A stretch of DNA of 64,000 bases from Amoebidium appalachense (taxonomy: Eukaryota > Protista > Ichthyosporea), in contig CAVNZM010000011.1 in the NCBI GenBank assembly GCA_963693365.1, forward strand, positions 2,278,989-2,342,988, in the 5' to 3' direction. A model generated the notes under the pieces. The model saw nothing but the letters and a program-made list of their open reading frames with translations. It was not told the DNA's origin and made no database searches. Position numbers and translations under genes: made by a program. Below are positions 34,158-64,000 of this stretch, piece after piece. Within the stretch, counting starts at the first letter, position 1, and each line of letters begins with the position of its first letter.

Positions 34158-34255
34158 CGCATGCACACACACAAACACACAGCAGGCACCTGTTTGGCCT
34201 TTTTCACAAGCAGCTTGGCGTCAGGTCGCCTCCTCTTCACGCCGGGAGGTGCCAT
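31013..34255 (-). CDS. NAA40: N-alpha-acetyltransferase 40 (NatD, histone H4/H2A N-terminal acetyltransferase)
   Basis: Exons 34255-34190, 33592-33540, 33316-33224, 32360-32199, 31838-31717, 31480-31444, 31106-31013; 208 aa. [87 protein letters not shown] is colinear with NAA40/Nat4. Confidence 0.95.
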
Positions 34256-35244
34256 ATTGCTGGTGGCGTGTGCCCCAGTGGACACACGTACAGCTTCAAT
34301 GGAATAAGAGCTCACTTTGCTAAGCTTTGCCTGATCAACACCAAAGGGCGAAGAAGTGGCCTGGTAATAAGGCGGGCAACTAAAAAGGGCAGTCGCGGCA
34401 AGTAAGCACCCCCTTTGCTCAAAAGTGAAATTGTTTTGTAAACCACACCGATGCTCATGCGCGTGTGTCTGAATAGCAGCAGATAGCAGCACCAAGTTAA
34501 AGAAGTGCTAACATGAAAGTTATGAACTCAGCTGAGCAGAGTCTGCAGACGGTCCGTCCTTTCCTTGCAACAATTGGGACTGGGCTGACTGGGCCGAGTC
34601 TCCTGAGAAAAACTCAAAAAGCGCGGGCTTTTTCCGGCGCATTGATTGGCTAGATAAGCATCAAAGCAATGTGTGCGCCTTTCATTGTCCACTGGAGCAG
34701 TTTTCCACGGCCCTCTTTTTTTCAGAGGCCCGTGAGTTTTCTCAGTTTGATTTAATTTGTTTGAAGGTGCTGGCAGAAGTGGCACAAGTGAACGAAGCAT
34801 GCAGCATGCACTTAAATTTATAGTAACTTGAGCCTATAGTGTCATCTTGAGCGACTAGACATATTATATACTATAGAATCAAGCAGCATATGTCATGAGG
34901 CCCATCGCTTACTCTTGGTCCTATGTGCCCGTGTGTGCGGTGGTAGGGGTGTGCGTAACGGGCCAAATAAGGGTGCTTGCAGGAGGGGCTACAAGCCTTA
35001 AATTGCAGGGCCTATAAAATAGATCAGTGTTTTGCGGCAGGTGCCAACCCAGAGGTTGGGAGGTAGAGTTGGAGGGCGAGGGAGTAGATCCAAGAACAGC
35101 CACAGGAGCACAGACACACAGAGGCACAGACACGCGTACGAAAAGTGAGCACAGCAGAGCAGAGCGCCGCACAAACGCTACTGGTATTTCTATCTATAGG
35201 TTTCGGGCCCGCGCTATGGTGGTGTCAGGCCTCAAAGGAAAACC
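34256..35244. promoter_or_regulatory. Probable bidirectional promoter region between NAA40 and the Zn-knuckle gene
   Basis: Divergent ATGs about 1 kb apart. The region lacks microsatellites and has an ATTGG (CCAAT-type) box near 34645. Inferred from layout only. Confidence 0.4.
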
Positions 35245-36447
35245 ATGGCGTGTGGCTGGTGCGGGCTGCAGGACCACAGCCAGGCCGCAGACTGCCAACT
35301 CTACCAACGGGTATGTGGTAGTGCCTGTATGTGCGCCAGTGGCTTGCGCAAATTCTCGTGTGTGCACTGTGATGTGTGCAGGTGCAGATGCATTTATACG
35401 TGGGGAAGGCAGGGACCGGTGGCATGCCCGTGATTGTTTAGTCATTCACTCGGTACGATACGATGTTTGCAAAATGTGCAAGTGGAAAGGACTTTTTCTG
35501 GTCATGTGTGCATGTGAGTGCATAGACGTGTCAGCATCACAATCCGGTTTATGCACGTGGATGTTGCATGCAAGAATACTGTATGCCTTTGTGGGTGGGT
35601 GTGTGCCGTTGCACGTGCATAGATGCAAGCACTTGTGTATGCAGGCACATGCGCTTATCTACTCTTTTAATCAACATATATTTGAATTGATCACCTTAGC
35701 TAACCCGTATACCTTTTTTATCACTACATAGTTCTGCACATTCAAATGTGCTGACCGTTAGGTTAGGTGGGGCACGGCATAGTGGCGATGGCTGGGCCGG
35801 GACTGCTGGAGTGGCTGGCAAGTGTGGGCCTGGACTTTCACATAGAGACCAGAATACAGGTGCAAAAGCCCCCCCCCTCCCCCCCTCCCCCCCCCCCCCC
35901 CCCCCCTTCCTCCCCCCCTCCCCCCCGCCCCCCAACCTCCACTCACACCTTCCACCCCTGCCTACACACACTTTTCGAGCCCAACAGCCAACACCTAAAC
36001 ATTGTTTTAGAGTGTGGGGTGCTATGAGAGCCGGAGGGCATTGGCGAAAACTGAGTTATGAAGGCATGGACGAAGAACAAGACTATACACACATCTGCAA
36101 AAATAGGAAGACTCAAATACAGAAGGCCTCGTGTAGAGAAATGTGCATGTTTTTGCAATCGGGTATAATCACATCTTTGCCGAGCCAGTTTGATTTGTGT
36201 GAAAGAAGGCAACAACTTTTGTGACAGAGATGTGATTGTTGGGATGAAGCCGAGGGGACAAAAGAGAGAAAGGGCAGGATGGAGGAGGGGAAGGGGAGGG
36301 GCGAGGGAGCGGGAGGAAGCATAAGAGAGAAGGAGGGAGAGAAAGAGTGATAGAGGGGGGGGGGGGGGGCGCGGACAGAAAGGCAGGGACAGGATACACT
36401 GAGAAGAGAAGGCCTGGAGGCTGTGTTGCAAAACACACAGCACACAC

Positions 36448-36485
<38 letters not shown>

Positions 36486-38396
36486 ACCCCACCCCACCCC
36501 CTTCTTTTTTTTACAAAAGTGTGACTGCAGCAAACGATTATGGAGGCCCAGGCCCAACTTGGTCAGGCATGGCCCGTGTGTGGATTGCCCCAACAGCTGG
36601 AGATCTGCGGTACGACTCTTATCTGTGGCGGAGGCGCCGGGGGAGGGGGGGGGGGAGGGGGGGGCAGGGGGAGGGGGGCAGGGGGAAGGGGGGCTGTCTC
36701 AAGCGTCAAGGTACTGACTGCCTGAATGGATATGCAGGCGGGCTGTTTGGGGTCAAGGCCGTATCATTGTTGGTCGAGCTCTACAGCAGATATACAGGTG
36801 GGTGGACCTTTGTGCTACTTTCTGTGTTTGTTTATTTTTTTTTTATTTTTATTTTTTTATTTATTTATTTTTTTTGGGGGGGGGGGGTAGGGGGGGCCGA
36901 ATTTGGTTCTTGTATATATATGTGGGATTGTTGTTACGCCCCCTCACGAGGTTGGCTATGCATTAGGTGCTGTGTATGTGCATGCATGCCCCTATCGGGT
37001 TATCCGTTAACACCTAGTTTGGTATGGATAGCACATGTTTGTGGTGAGAAGCTGACAGAAGGGAGGTTATGTGCTTGGCATGTCTGTGCGCAGAAGGTTG
37101 AATCGTGTATTGAACCTGTAAAGAATAGTGATTATAGCCATATCTGGTCCTTGTGGGTGCTGAGTGGTGGGCCATTGCTGCAGGCACTGTGGCCCAGGCC
37201 ACGCTAGAGGCGCAGCAGGACATGGCGCAGTACCGGAACATCATGCAGTGCCTCAGATACAGGTGCTTGCACCTGCACGTGCTTCCACCCCCTTCCCCCT
37301 TCCCCCTCCGGCCCCCTTCTTCGTTAGCTATTTTTTGTTGTGGATTAGAATTTGTAGTAGGGGTGATGAAGGAGTGAAGGGTGGAGGGGGGGGGGGGGGG
37401 GGGGGGGGGAGAAGGGGCAGTTGCAGGAAGAAGGGGGGGGGGAGGGGGGAGGGGAGAGGGGGGGCATGATGGTATGATGTTGCATGGTACGTGCATATAA
37501 CGTGTCGGGATGCTGATGGTAGTTGCAGGGGGCGGGGGCCGTTTGAGGGGTCAGGCAGCCAGGCAGCCGTAGGTGGCCCAACCAGCCCCCAACCAGCGCT
37601 GCAGCACCAACAGCCCCTGCAGATAGGCCCTGCCCCACAGTCACCACCCTTCACCTTGGTGCGTGCATGCATGTTTGCTATTGCATGGCGAAACCTCCCT
37701 CCCCCCCTCCCCCCCCCCCCCCCCCCCCCCCTCCTTTCCGGGGGGAGGGCCCTTCACCACCCCCAGTTAGTCTGGGCTTTTGGTTACCCCCCCCCCCCCC
37801 CCCCCCCCCCCAACACACACACGCTTGCACGAATACACTCTCATACAAACATACACACAATCGCACACGCACATACACACACAATAACTGACCGACACAC
37901 ACAAACACACACACACACACACACGTACACACGGGCACACAAACACACACACAGACACACACACACTCACTCACTCTCACTCACGCACTCACTCACTCAC
38001 TCACTCACTCATTCATTCACATACACACACACACTCACTCACTCACTCACTCACTCACTCACTCACTCACTCACTCACTCACTCACTCACTCACTCACTC
38101 ACTCACTCATTCACTCACTCACTCACTCACTCACTCACTCGATCACTCACTCACTCACACACACACACACTCACTCACTCACTCACTCACTCACACACAC
38201 ACACACACACTCACTCACTCACTCACTCATTCACTCACATAAACTCACACACACACTGCTCCGCTCTACACACGCACACCTCACCTGGGCCCCTTTAATG
38301 CTCCCCTGCTACCCGCTCCCTACCCCTTCCCCCCCCTCCCCTCCCCCCCCCCCTCTCTCTCCCCCCCCCCCCCCTCCCCCCCTCCCCCCCCCCCCC

Positions 38397-38440
<44 letters not shown>

Positions 38441-38847
38441 ACCCCACCACCACCACCACCACACATCCCAGCAAGGCTATTCTTCACACTCACCCAGTGT
38501 CTTCACCCACATCCCATCTGACAGGCACATTCTATGTTCACGGTATGCTCACTCTGAACCTCACTTGAACATACCTACCATAACACATGTTCAATATCAC
38601 CCCCCCCCCCCCCCCCCCCCCTCACAACCCACCACTCCCACCATCCCCCCCCCCCCCCTTCCAGCCTTTGAGCGTGCAAAAGTCACTATCGGCACGACGA
38701 CCAGGCACACCCCCACCCACACCCTCCCCTTCTGTCACGGACCTGGCTGCATTGGCCGCAGACACCAACCAGCTGACGAGACTAGTCTACGGCCTGGCAC
38801 AGAGAGACCCGTACGTGCTCCCCTGCCTGGGGGTGTGTTGGGGGAGG

Positions 38848-38879
<32 letters not shown>

Positions 38880-40161
38880 GCGGGTAATGGTGGGGAGTTG
38901 GGGAGGGGGGGGTGGTGGTGGGCTAGTGGTGTGTTTGTGGGGAGGGGGAGGGGACGGAGGGAGGGAGGGGGTTGCTAATGGTGGGGTGGGTGCAGGCACG
39001 TTGTGGGGCTTCTACATAACTCGTTCTTCCAACTGACGGGGAGCAACTTCGACACACAGGCCATGTGTGCACGCCTGATTGACTCGTACGTATGATCCCC
39101 GGGGGGGATGATGGGGGGGAGGGGGGAGGGGGGGGGGGGGGGGAGGGGGGAGGGGGGGGGGGGAGGCTGAACTGTTTGGGTGCAGAGGGCACACGGCGGA
39201 TTCACTGCTCAAGGCACAGACAAATGTCATCCTGGCTAGGTAAGCACACACCAATCCCGCCAAGGTGGCGTAAAAATCCGATAGCCTACATTGCGTAGAC
39301 CATCTGATCACGTCATTCGAGTCTGGTGTACATAGCCTTTCGACGACGCCGCGGCGGGGCCGAAATTTGGGGCTACACGTGCACACACATTGCACAACAC
39401 ACAACACATACGGATACTGCTCAATTCGTTAGGGTACACAAATGTGCATCATGGACACGAACTATGTACATGGCCTCAGCAATTACGATACTATTAGGAG
39501 GAGTAGGCAAACCCGGGGGGGGGGGGGGGGGGGAGGGGGGGGGAGGGGGGGGGGGGGGGGGGAAGGGGGAAGAGAGAGACGAGGCGGGAGGGAGGGAGGG
39601 AGGGGGGAGGGGGGGGGGGGGGGAGAGAGGGGGAGAGAGAGAGAGAGAGAGAGGGAGAGAGGGAGAGGGAGACTTTTGTATTTGGGGGAGGGGGTGAGGG
39701 GGGGGGGGGAATAAAACAATGGCGGAGACTAATGTGGGAGATAACTGGGAGCATGGAGAGCACATACACACTAGTCACACGTGGTTGCACACACACCATC
39801 GATTTGATTAGTCTAGGCACATGAACACTCTGCAGATATTCACCATGGATAACAAATGCAGAGCCTTATTAGTCGATCAATCTACATCTTTGTTGAAACC
39901 TGTAGTGTGGGTAATTGTCATTAAAACAGCAGTGCACATTTGGGGGGCGAATGTCATATCAAGTAGCACACACATGCCATTAAGTAGGTGCCTGCTGTTG
40001 TGTGTCTGTTTTTGCATGTGCCTACTTGCACATGTGCTATTTTTTCCATTACTAACACCGCTGCATGCAGTGTCTACAAAGCGCTGTATGGGCGGGGAGG
40101 AAGCAACCTCAGCAAAGCGCTGCTTGTGGCCAAGATCTTAGAATGGGCCGACAGCCAATAG
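35245..40161 (+). CDS. Uncharacterised protein with N-terminal CCHC-like zinc knuckle and C-terminal SAP/HeH-like helical motif
   Basis: 9 phase-compatible exons: 35245-35310, 35767-35859, 36531-36609, 36738-36797, 37184-37262, 37529-37658, 38665-38810, 39186-39239, 40071-40161; 265 aa. N-terminus MACGWCGLQDHSQAADC; C-terminus LLKAQTNVILASVYKALYGRGGSNLSKALLVAKILEWADSQ*. The start may lie further upstream. Confidence 0.68.
37966..38235. repeat. (CACT)n / (CA)n compound microsatellite, intronic
   Basis: Visible run. Confidence 0.93.
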
Positions 40162-42477
40162 CAGGATGCGTGCAAACACCCTCAGTGAAGTTACATGTGC
40201 ACTTGGTAGCATACACACCAGCAAATCGGCTATGGGTTGCCAAGGTGCTAATCGCACGTGCACAATCGTATGGAGATGTTTAGTGGCCACACAGAATGAG
40301 GTTAGGGGAATGTATCAGATGTGTTTTTGGTGGCCAAACTCCCGTTTATGGTTTTTTTTCTTTTTTGCGTCCATTTACCTCGAGCCCCGGTCTAGCACAC
40401 CCACAAATGCACACGCGTTTTGTTTTTGTTTTGTTTTTTGCCAATGTGGGGACTTCACATTTCATGTATGGCATTTTTGATTGCAGCAGAAAAGTGCTAG
40501 TGTTTCAGGGTGTATATATCTCGCAGGAACACAAGAGTCAGGGGGATCGATGAAATATATATTGGTAGGCGCCCCGGGTACATATACTAACATAGCATAC
40601 GCGTGGCTGCGTGGAAATATATGGCACCACATTTAATATGGTTATATTGCGCACGGGCACCGTGCGCATACATGCTCAATAAAAGTGACAATGGCGCCTA
40701 TGTATGGTGTTTTTTTTGGTGTAATTTTTGGAAAACTAATCAATGCGCATTTGAATGATAAAGAAAGGATGCCCAAGGCAATGAATGAATTTATGAATTT
40801 ATGAATGATTCTTTCCTTTTTTTTAAAAAAAAGAAAAGAAAAAGAAAAAGAAAAAGAACCACCACACCACAATTCGCCGACACTAATTGAAACCGTCGAA
40901 ACAACATTGCTCAACACAGCAAGTCCATTGCAGGCTTTACAACTACATTAGGCCTGCACGAACAACCCCCTTTCCCCTCCCCCCCCCCCCCCCCCCCCCC
41001 CCCCCTCCCTCTCTTCCCCTTCTTTTAGGGTCGACCAATCGATTACGTCCGCCAATCAGGTGCGCGTATGCAATTTTGGCGGGCTCCTAATTTCATTGAC
41101 GTCATCACTGGACTGCAGATCACGTCTTGCACCTTGCAACCAGGCTTGCACACAACAGGTTCCACCTTCGTACACACAAACTTTCGAAGGTGTACCGTTG
41201 TAGTTGAACATCGAGGAAGTCACCAAACGAAAGCAGGGGCTATGCGTACATCTTTTCTTTCTCTTTCTAAACCGTGGGCCAGGAATGAAGTAACACGCCA
41301 GGAGGCTAGGAACTTTTTAGTGCAGCAAGTAGTCCACTCGATGCAGAAGCGGCCACCGAAAAGCACACCGACACATGAATATAAAGCAAAGTGCGTATTA
41401 ACGCAGTAACTGAGCCCTCTACGGCAAACCCCACAGCGGGTTGTGAGTCCTATGTGGTATCGATACAGGCACAGGCCACCGTCCCCTACCCCTCAAGCGG
41501 ATGGGCGAAACATGCAACCACAAGGTAAATGCAGGCACACGACACGAACAAAATTACACTGCCTACATACGTCCAGACACAAACCGTTCCGCACATGCAC
41601 GCACACGACCAGTCACCCGCACACACACGAACACGCGCGCACACGCACACATGCACGTAAGCAAACACGCATACGCACACGTCTTATTTTTTGCCTGCAC
41701 GATCACCCTCACGCAGGCACACACTCAGGCACGAGCACCTCCAATTGTTCGGAGGCACACGGACTGCCATCCAAACACATGATAAAAAAACACGCACAAT
41801 ACAGACACACTCTAGCGTGCTTAAACTGACAGGCACGTAAAAGCAACCACCCACCGGTTACAAACAACCACATGAGCGCACACGAAGAAGTACACCCATT
41901 TTAAACACACACAAAAAAAGAAGGCAGAGGTACAGAACTCACGTCCCAAGTATCCCAGTGAGCAGTCAACACGCGTGTTGTGTAGCATGGCTTAGCTTAC
42001 ACCCTGACATATGGATTCAGAGATTTAGGGGAGAGCAGAACATACTCAAAGAGTGTATACAGTGTCCACAGCACCTCCGACACGAACGGTTCACCCCCTA
42101 AAACCAGGCCCCATACTAGTACTTGCAGCACTTATAGAACAACGGTTAGGCCACATGCAAAATCCACCAGCCTCAAGCGCATATAACTAAACATAACCGT
42201 ACCCAAAAGTGCGCCTGCATTTTGCCGAAGATGTGCGATTTTTAACTCCCCCCCCCCCCCCCCCCTCCCCCCCTCCCCCCCCCCCCCCCCCCCCCCCCCG
42301 GCCCGCCTCTTGTCCCTCGGCCCCTGCATGCGCGATCCGACATTCGCTTACTTCTTTTGCCCATAAGTGTGCACGTGATCTGGCAACCAGATAACATACA
42401 GGCACAGAATGTTTATCAGTGCCTCGTCTTGTGTCACACCTGACCCCCCTAGGCCGGTATCTGACTGGTGCATGCAG

Positions 42478-59029
<16,552 letters not shown>

Positions 59030-59767
59030 TCACAACGGGCGGGAGAACAGCCAACTTAGAACACTCGATTTCCACACGTACATGCACACCTGGACACGTG
59101 CGTGCACATGCATATTGTGACACAGGACACTTTCCGCCTCGCACTTGTACAGATTTCTGTACCAAATGGCTTACTAGCACACAGATATATGACAAGACAA
59201 GCGACAAGCTTGTATGCATTTAGGAACTGTAGGAAGGAATGTGTTTAAACGGGTGTGGGGGAGAACAGGGAATGACGGGGCATTGTGGCAGACAATCAGA
59301 TATGCCAGGAGAGGGACAGACCCGCTGTCTTTTGACTGCATTCGAACATCTTGCTTTTTTAGGCACATCTCAGCTGAAATCATAATGTACATGTTGCATA
59401 CACCAACAAACACTAAGGCATGAATGAATATTAAATTAGGCCGCCTCGTTGTTGTTGTAAAAACGATGTTATATAGGCGTTGTTGCACATTTAGGTGAAG
59501 GTTAGTTATATGCATTATGTAAAATGTGAATGTGTTAATATTACTATTATTCTCATGTGAATGATCTCTAAACCTAGTTAGGGCCCAGGTGGCCCTCTAC
59601 CGGTAATTACGAGCCCCGAGCGAGCAAATCTATGAATTAAATATGATCTCAGGCTCACAATTCGAAGACTCGAACTCGCTTACACTTACTACCAAAGTGC
59701 AGACAACACATTACTGACACTGCAAACATGGTAATTCGCATGATAATGAATTTTTGGCCCCAAACAC

Positions 59768-61421
59768 TCACATACTGGTACTCCCCTTGCGCGACGGTGC
59801 TTTTTCCTCTGTCGGTGCCGTACGTTCGGGTAGGGGTGAGGCAGTGACAACAACAGGTGAGCTGGGTGGGGAGGTTCGCTTGGGGCTGCCAGGGGGGGTA
59901 TCCGGGGGCTGAACATGTGTTTCTGGCACATCGACAGTTTCTGACGGTGGAGTTTGTGACGGTAATGGGGTGGCCGGTTTTTGGGTGTCGGCCACAGCCA
60001 GGTGGATGCTTGAGGCGGCAGGGCTGGGCAGCCGGCCCGAAGCAAGAAGGTGGCTGTGGGATACGGCAGGGGGGGGTCCTTTGGGTTTGCCGTCCGAAGT
60101 TGCAGCAAATGGTTTTACCTTGTTGCTGCGACGTCTATGTACGTAGAAGGCAAGCAGTGCGGCCGCACACCCAACCAGCACTATCAGGCCGGCCCCAATT
60201 CCGACCAGCAGCTTGATGTTTTTCTCCAGCCACGGCTCGGGGGCTGGTATGGACCCGGCTGCTATTGCGGCCTGATAGGCGCCATCATACTGGGTGGGTG
60301 TGTATGCCGCTACTAGGCCATGCTGCACACCAACCCACCCAGTCACGGCACGACGTTGGCGTTGAACGGCAATAGTGTGGGTGCGACGACGCCTTAACAG
60401 TGTGCTGTCTGTGTAGTCCACTGCTACCGTCATATTAACCGTCACAGTGCTGCTGTTGTTGTCGGACAGTGGGCAAACAAGAACATACCCTACTGGTATC
60501 TGTAGCCGTACCTCCGGTGTCGGTATAGGGTTATACTGTTGTGTGTAGGGGGCCTCTGTTGCTTCACATGGGTTGTTGCTGGTGCGGTTGAATGCAACTA
60601 GTCTCGCACTCTGTATACTTAATCCGGTTGCATTTGTCCATAATTGCACTGACCAATAGGCAACCGTACCGAGGTCATATGGGCCAACTGGCCTCACACC
60701 CATATAGCTGTTGTCTGGTCTCTCTACTAGTGCAACAGTAAATCCCGCACCCAGCATGTACATGTCTGCTCCACATAGGTCCGAACCTTGAAGTTGGAAC
60801 GTTAAATCGATGGTCAGAGGGCCTAGCGGACACGCCTGATTGGCTGCACATTCCAGTGGTATGGTGCGCATGGTGTAGTGCCCACTCACATTGCACCCAA
60901 TAATCTGTGTCCCTAGCGTCTGGTTGCATGGTCCTATCATCCCTCCACACCCAACGTTCAACTCCCACACCCGTGCCGTTACGTTTTGCCCATCTGTCGC
61001 GCTTGTTTGACCCTTTGAGGCGGTAGGTACCGTGTATGGTGGTGGGAGGGTGAGTGCTATTGTGACGTTTGTAGTGCCGCTAGTGTCCAATACATGTAGG
61101 TCCGCCACCATGGCCTGTACTTCGATGTCCCCGATGATGCTGTTGACCACACCAACTACCTGGCCCTGCCGCCCAACTTGCACCCTGTATGCGTACGTAC
61201 CAACACCGTGTTAGATATTGCAGGTGAGGTGTGCAGGCTATGTGTTATGAAATGAGGGGATAGAATTTGGTTCTATTCACAGGGTATCGCACATGGGGCG
61301 CACAAGGGATAGAGACCAGGAGTCTGGAGCGTGGTTGCATATCCTTTGAAAAGATATCGGGGTGCCGGCCGGGGGGAGGGGGGAGGGGGGAGGGGGGGGG
61401 GGGGTAGAAGCAAACGGAGGG

Positions 61422-61499
<78 letters not shown>

Positions 61500-62090
61500 T
61501 AGTTTCTTAGCTGCCCTCCCCCCAACCCCCCCACCCCCCCAACCCCACCCACCACCACCACCACCACCACCACCACCACACACACACAAAGAAAAAAAAA
61601 AAAAGAAAAAAAAAGGTTTCGACTTAATGTGATAATATGCGTGTGTATCAAAGTGTTCAATGAAGACTTACTGAGCACATTCACACGAAAGTGCACACTT
61701 TGCCAGCCAGACACATACATGGTGTACAGTGCAAACACGCTGGACACAGTCCACAACGATACATGCATACACTGTGACATGCACATGTACTCCTGCCACA
61801 TTCACATACATGACCACACATGCAACACCAGCACACACATAAAGGAAAGTACATACACATGCCCTCACTTTGCGGTCGACAGTGGCACCTGCACGTGCAT
61901 ATGCACACATGCATACATAAATCATGATGCAGACAAGCCCTTACATACAGGCCCATACTCATGGACACACACCCCTCCAAGCATGCACCCTCTGTTTATG
62001 TATCACGAACATAACCATGCAAGCATACACACACCACTCAACGAGAAAAATATTAGAGGATCACAGGCATAGGCTTACTGTGGCGACCCC

Positions 62091-62134
<44 letters not shown>

Positions 62135-63007
62135 AAAAAAAAAAACTTGGATGACATATATATATATATAAGAATACTCCCCCTTCCCCCCCTTGCCACC
62201 CACCCATATCAACCGATCACACACACAAACACATATACACACACACACACACACAGACACACACACACACCTGACTTTTGCCGCTGCGTTACCGGTCCTC
62301 TCCACCGATATGTTCCCCCTGGGTAAAACCACCGTCTCCCTCATATATGCCTCGACTGTTGCTTCGTATGTTGCCGCGGTTGCAGTGAGCTTCCGTGTGG
62401 CCTTGCACGGTAGCAGCTTGTCAAACCCCACCCCAAACACAACACTGCCCGCACACGTGCCCGTGTGCAGTCGAAACTGGGGTTCCCTGAGTACGCTTTT
62501 ACTATCGGTGATGTTGCAGGCGCCAAAACTCACGCCCTCCAGCACCCTGCTAGTGAACCACTGGCCCAGGTTCATATTCACCCATAGGCCCCCCTCATAC
62601 AGGTCCACCCCCTCCAACTGCCCGCTGAAATTCGCCCTCAGAGCCTGGGGCGTGGCCAGACTGCACGTGCTACCCTCCAGGCCGGGGTCCCTCACAACCA
62701 CATAGTCGACCTGTACCCCCAACGTAGACGCCACAAGCACGTGTGCGTGTGTATTGGAGTCCACCACCAGCTCGCTTAGGGGCTGCCCAGTGGTCCCCCT
62801 GGCGCCGACTATTTTCAATGGCACGGTCACGTTGAGTGGGGCGTCAAGGGGGTATGCCCCCGCCTCCAGAAATATGACGTCATTTGCGCTGGCGTTGGCA
62901 ACCACCTGCTGCAGGAGTGCTGGGCCGGGGGCAACGTTGTGTACTCTGGCTAGGCATTTACCAGACAGCCATGCAAGAAGCATGCATGGTAGCCAAAGGT
63001 TGTGCAT
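59768..63007 (-). CDS. Type I single-pass membrane glycoprotein with ZP-module-like ectodomain features
   Basis: Two exons, 63007-62271 and 61184-59768 (phase 2, CTAAC branch point), 717 aa. Signal peptide MHNLWLPCMLLAWLSGKCLA; many N-x-S/T sequons; polybasic LRRRR and RQRR sites; TM LLVGIGAGLIVLVGCAAALLAFYV followed by HRRR; Pro/Ser-rich tail. Confidence 0.85.
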
Positions 63008-64000
63008 GGCGAACAAAGTCGCCACTGCGAGGGCACACGGAAGAGAGAGTAGATTGCCGTCAAAGTGTACGACGAATAATGGTAGCCGGCAAGTCTGGTG
63101 GTGCCTGGTCTATGGCTATTATTGACAGGTTTTTTGGGGATAAGAGCGTAGATGGCTTGGTATGCGAGCTGTATTGGAGCTTAGCTTCTGGCTCGCAATT
63201 TCATTGCGAGTGAAAAGAAGCCATTTTGAAGTTACGTTATGTAGGTGCAATTTTTGCGTACCATTTATTGATCAACAGCACATTAACTCAACCTAGTGTG
63301 CCTGAAATCATGAGAAAACGAATCAACCTGTTTCCTTGCGTCACCTAGAGCCTTCAGTTGGGAAAGATGAGCTATTTAGTGCTACAGCCTGTAACAAAGG
63401 TGGCGGGCCCCGTTGAACTTCAACTCCTGGCCAGCAGTCAGAGAGCGCCTGCCTTCTTGTGAAAGAAACTAGAGCCCTTAGATTAGTGATAAGATTGTTG
63501 AGCACCCTGCGAGTGGAAACTATAGGCTTGCTGAATACTCTACACAACGACACGTGTGAACTTGTCGGCACAGACGCATACACAACACTAACACGTGTAA
63601 GCGGAAGGCGGTGTGTGTACTGAGTCTGTGACTGGCAGGTGTGTGAAATAACACGGCATTCCAGTATTAGTAAAATCAACCAATCAGCGGGCGGCATCTA
63701 CTAGATGGCGGTGCGTAATAAAGCTAGGGGGATTCTTTCATCAACTAGGGGGCCAAAAGTCTTCGGAGCAAAGCCTTGCAAGGCAAAATGAAAACCTTGA
63801 AAGCTTAGCACGTAGGTTATGCAGGGTGGCAAAAACATACTGCAGCAATACAAAGCCTAGGTCTTGCAAACTGTTCTGCTAAAGTAGCTTGGCAGAGATT
63901 TTTATGCTCACCCGCGAGAATCTCTATGGTTCCTAAACATTTCAACGAAAGGATTGATTTGACAGCAGCTCACCTTGTTCCATTAGAATGACGGCCTACA

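Overview
This is intron-rich eukaryotic genomic DNA. The introns are full of poly-G/poly-C runs and (GT)n, (GA)n and (GGGT)n microsatellites, so most ORFs in the six-frame track are artefacts. Stitching GT-AG exons by hand (YCTRAC-type branch points, phase-checked) gave seven spliced genes: (1) a 5'-incomplete protein with at least two FixL-like PAS domains fused to an F-box and LRRs; (2) an N-myristoylated protein with a SAP-like motif and three LIM domains; (3) a TAF1C/Rrn6-like Pol I factor whose reading frame closes only through an AT-AC minor-spliceosome intron; (4) NAA40/NatD; (5) an uncharacterised Zn-knuckle/HeH protein; (6) a 53BP1-like SQ-cluster/Tudor/tandem-BRCT protein; (7) a type I membrane protein with ZP-module-like features. 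The window also has a 5'-truncated LINE-type RT, a Tourist/PIF-like MITE, other MITE-like remnants and 48-bp and 29-bp intronic minisatellites. The gene content suggests a unicellular holozoan or similar opisthokont (inference only). The lead candidate for a new system is the heme-PAS-F-box-LRR protein, a possible O2/gas-gated SCF ubiquitin-ligase receptor. All homology calls come from recalled motifs; no database search was run.
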